Assembly (NCBI RefSeq): GCF_009914755.1
Contig: NC_060942.1
DNA length: 64,000 nucleotides
Reading direction: 5' to 3' (one strand)
DNA from: the human T2T-CHM13v2.0 reference genome, Homo sapiens
A program made the position numbers and the translations under genes. Numbering within the stretch: position 1 is the stretch's first letter; each line of letters starts with the position of its first letter. Positions 62,236 to 64,000 of this stretch are shown here, piece after piece. The notes under the pieces were generated by a model. It did not search any database and had not been told where the DNA came from. It saw nothing but the letters and a program-made list of their open reading frames with translations.

Positions 62236-63512
62236 ACACAAAGAGAGCATGAGTATTTGTGTTTCTGGGGCAGCAGTCAGCTAAGTCCAGGGAAAATTGA
62301 CTAATAGGTATATATAATAAAAGTTGGATAATGGGCTCAAAAGTACATCTTATATTCTTCCTAATGACAAAATCTTGTTGAAATTGAGTTGTTTTTTATT
62401 TCCTTTAATTTTAGTCTTCCATAGGAAACTATAATGTATTGGCAGAAAGATTATGATATAATTAACAGAAAACTTGCTATAATTTGTATCTCTCAAGAGT
62501 CATAAACTCACCCATTCTTTCTATGGGAAGAAATTTGCTGCAGATAATGCAATCATGTTTTCAATGGTTGATTGAGGCTTCAATGTGGATTTAGGAACTA
62601 AACTTCTCTGGTATAGATAATTATATTAATGAAAAGACTGGATGCCTGTGAGAGTTCTCTTTTCATTTGTTTTTAAATGCTCAACTGGTTATATTGTATC
62701 ATTGCCATTTCTTAGCTTGTGAGGACCTAGGTAAATTCCTCAACCAACTTAGATTTGAATTCCATCATCTGTAAGATGGGGAGAATAATGCCACTGACAT
62801 TATAAGGTTGTTGTGAGGAAGAAGTGACATAATAAATGTAAAAGGCATAGAAAATTGCATGTTCTTGGTGAGGGCTGCATAAATGTTAATTATTATGATG
62901 ATTGTATGAATTGCTAAGTAGGATGTTGGCTAATGGGGTTTCTTTTTCCTTTTTCTTTTGTAAGCATCAAAATGCCCTTACCTTTAGTGCACTCAGAATT
63001 TGTAACAGAATTATAATGGATTATGACAGCCACATTTTCGTTTTAATGCAAATGAAATGCACTATGTGTTAAGTGGATGTGGAAAGGTAATTTATCTCCA
63101 AACTTTTTTTTGGCGGGGGGGGGGGGGGGGGTGATTTACTTCTTAATGCAAAAAGAAGCAAATGGGAGGAATTTTTCGTTTTGCTTCAGTTGTTAATAAC
63201 ATAAAATGACTCAGTCCTAATGGCTTTCTGGGCACAGTTGCTACAGAGAAAACCATGAAGATCCTGCAAGGTAGTTTCTGAGTTTAATGAGACAGAAAGA
63301 TTCAAGATGTGCATGAAAAGAGGCTAAGAATATTTCAGAAGTGGTAAAGATGTTATCACCATGATGGAAGATCTGGAATGCTTGCTTAGGTTTTCAGTTT
63401 TGCATCCTCAGGTAATGCATAGTGAAAGGTGCCGCCCTTGGCAGAGTGTGAAATAACAGATTGCCTCTCAGTGCAATGTGAATGTGGGTAGCTGGGGAGA
63501 CATGGAGCATCA

Positions 63513-63640
63513 GTAGGGTGGCCATATTCCAGTTTGTCCAGGGTATCCCTGATGTATACTTGTTTTCTTGGTGAAATTATTGATCACCGTCTTTAACTCT
63601 CCAGAAAACCTGGTTTGGATGATCAATTATATGGGTACCA
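63513..63640. mobile_element. MER96-like hAT MITE
   Basis: tagggtggccatat...atatgggtacca, imperfect terminal inverted repeats. Confidence 0.5.
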
Positions 63641-64000
63641 TAAGAAAAGACAAGCTGTGTAGCATGTTTCTCTAATGATTTGACTGTGGTTCTTCCAGAG
63701 TTTCATGGGTTTCCCTCGGGAAACCAACAATAGTATACACAGATGGAATGAGCTTAGCTCTAAGAAGCCTGTACCTTTCTCCATCTTGAAAGAAAGAACT
63801 AAAACCAGACTGGAATTTATTCATTATGTCATCATAGCAAAAGTCTTGTTTTATGTTTTTAGAAGTGAAAGCTATAATAAATCGGAAAAGGGCATTGTGA
63901 TTTTTCACAAATTATATTTCAAGGATTAGACTTTACTTTGTCATGTTTGTGTGTGAGCATTTGTGTACAAATATAGTCTTTAACCCTTTTAAGGAAGATT

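Noticed and set aside
63103-63131. Poly-T followed by a ~17-nt poly-G run
   Set aside because: Simple homopolymer with no supporting context.
63690-63929. Acceptor-like TTCTTCCAG plus 74-aa ORF as the next cupin exon
   Set aside because: No cupin-like sequence in any frame and no convincing donor; the continuation is more likely beyond the window.

Overview
Human genomic DNA: intron-exon structure with Alu, L1, ERV and DNA-transposon relics, recognised as the 18q21.2 STARD6/C18orf54 region. Bases ~600-1750 are a CpG-island promoter. The complete C18orf54 (LAS2) gene follows on +: seven coding exons (3653-21332) splice into a 533-aa ORF, or 372 aa with an alternative donor, then a ~3.8 kb 3'UTR. 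Downstream lie a MER61-type provirus with a nested solo HERV-W LTR17, a Cheshire/MER58 hAT relic, two truncated L1PAs and an SNRPG retrocopy. The main finding is a decayed spliced gene at 55828-62139+ (probably CUPIN1P). Its exons join a DYNAP-type CLLAC transmembrane segment to a germin/oxalate-decarboxylase-like metal-binding cupin domain. A weaker signal at ~36.3-47.5 kb may be a second, older decayed gene. Repeat names and boundaries were called by eye and are approximate. No database searches were run.
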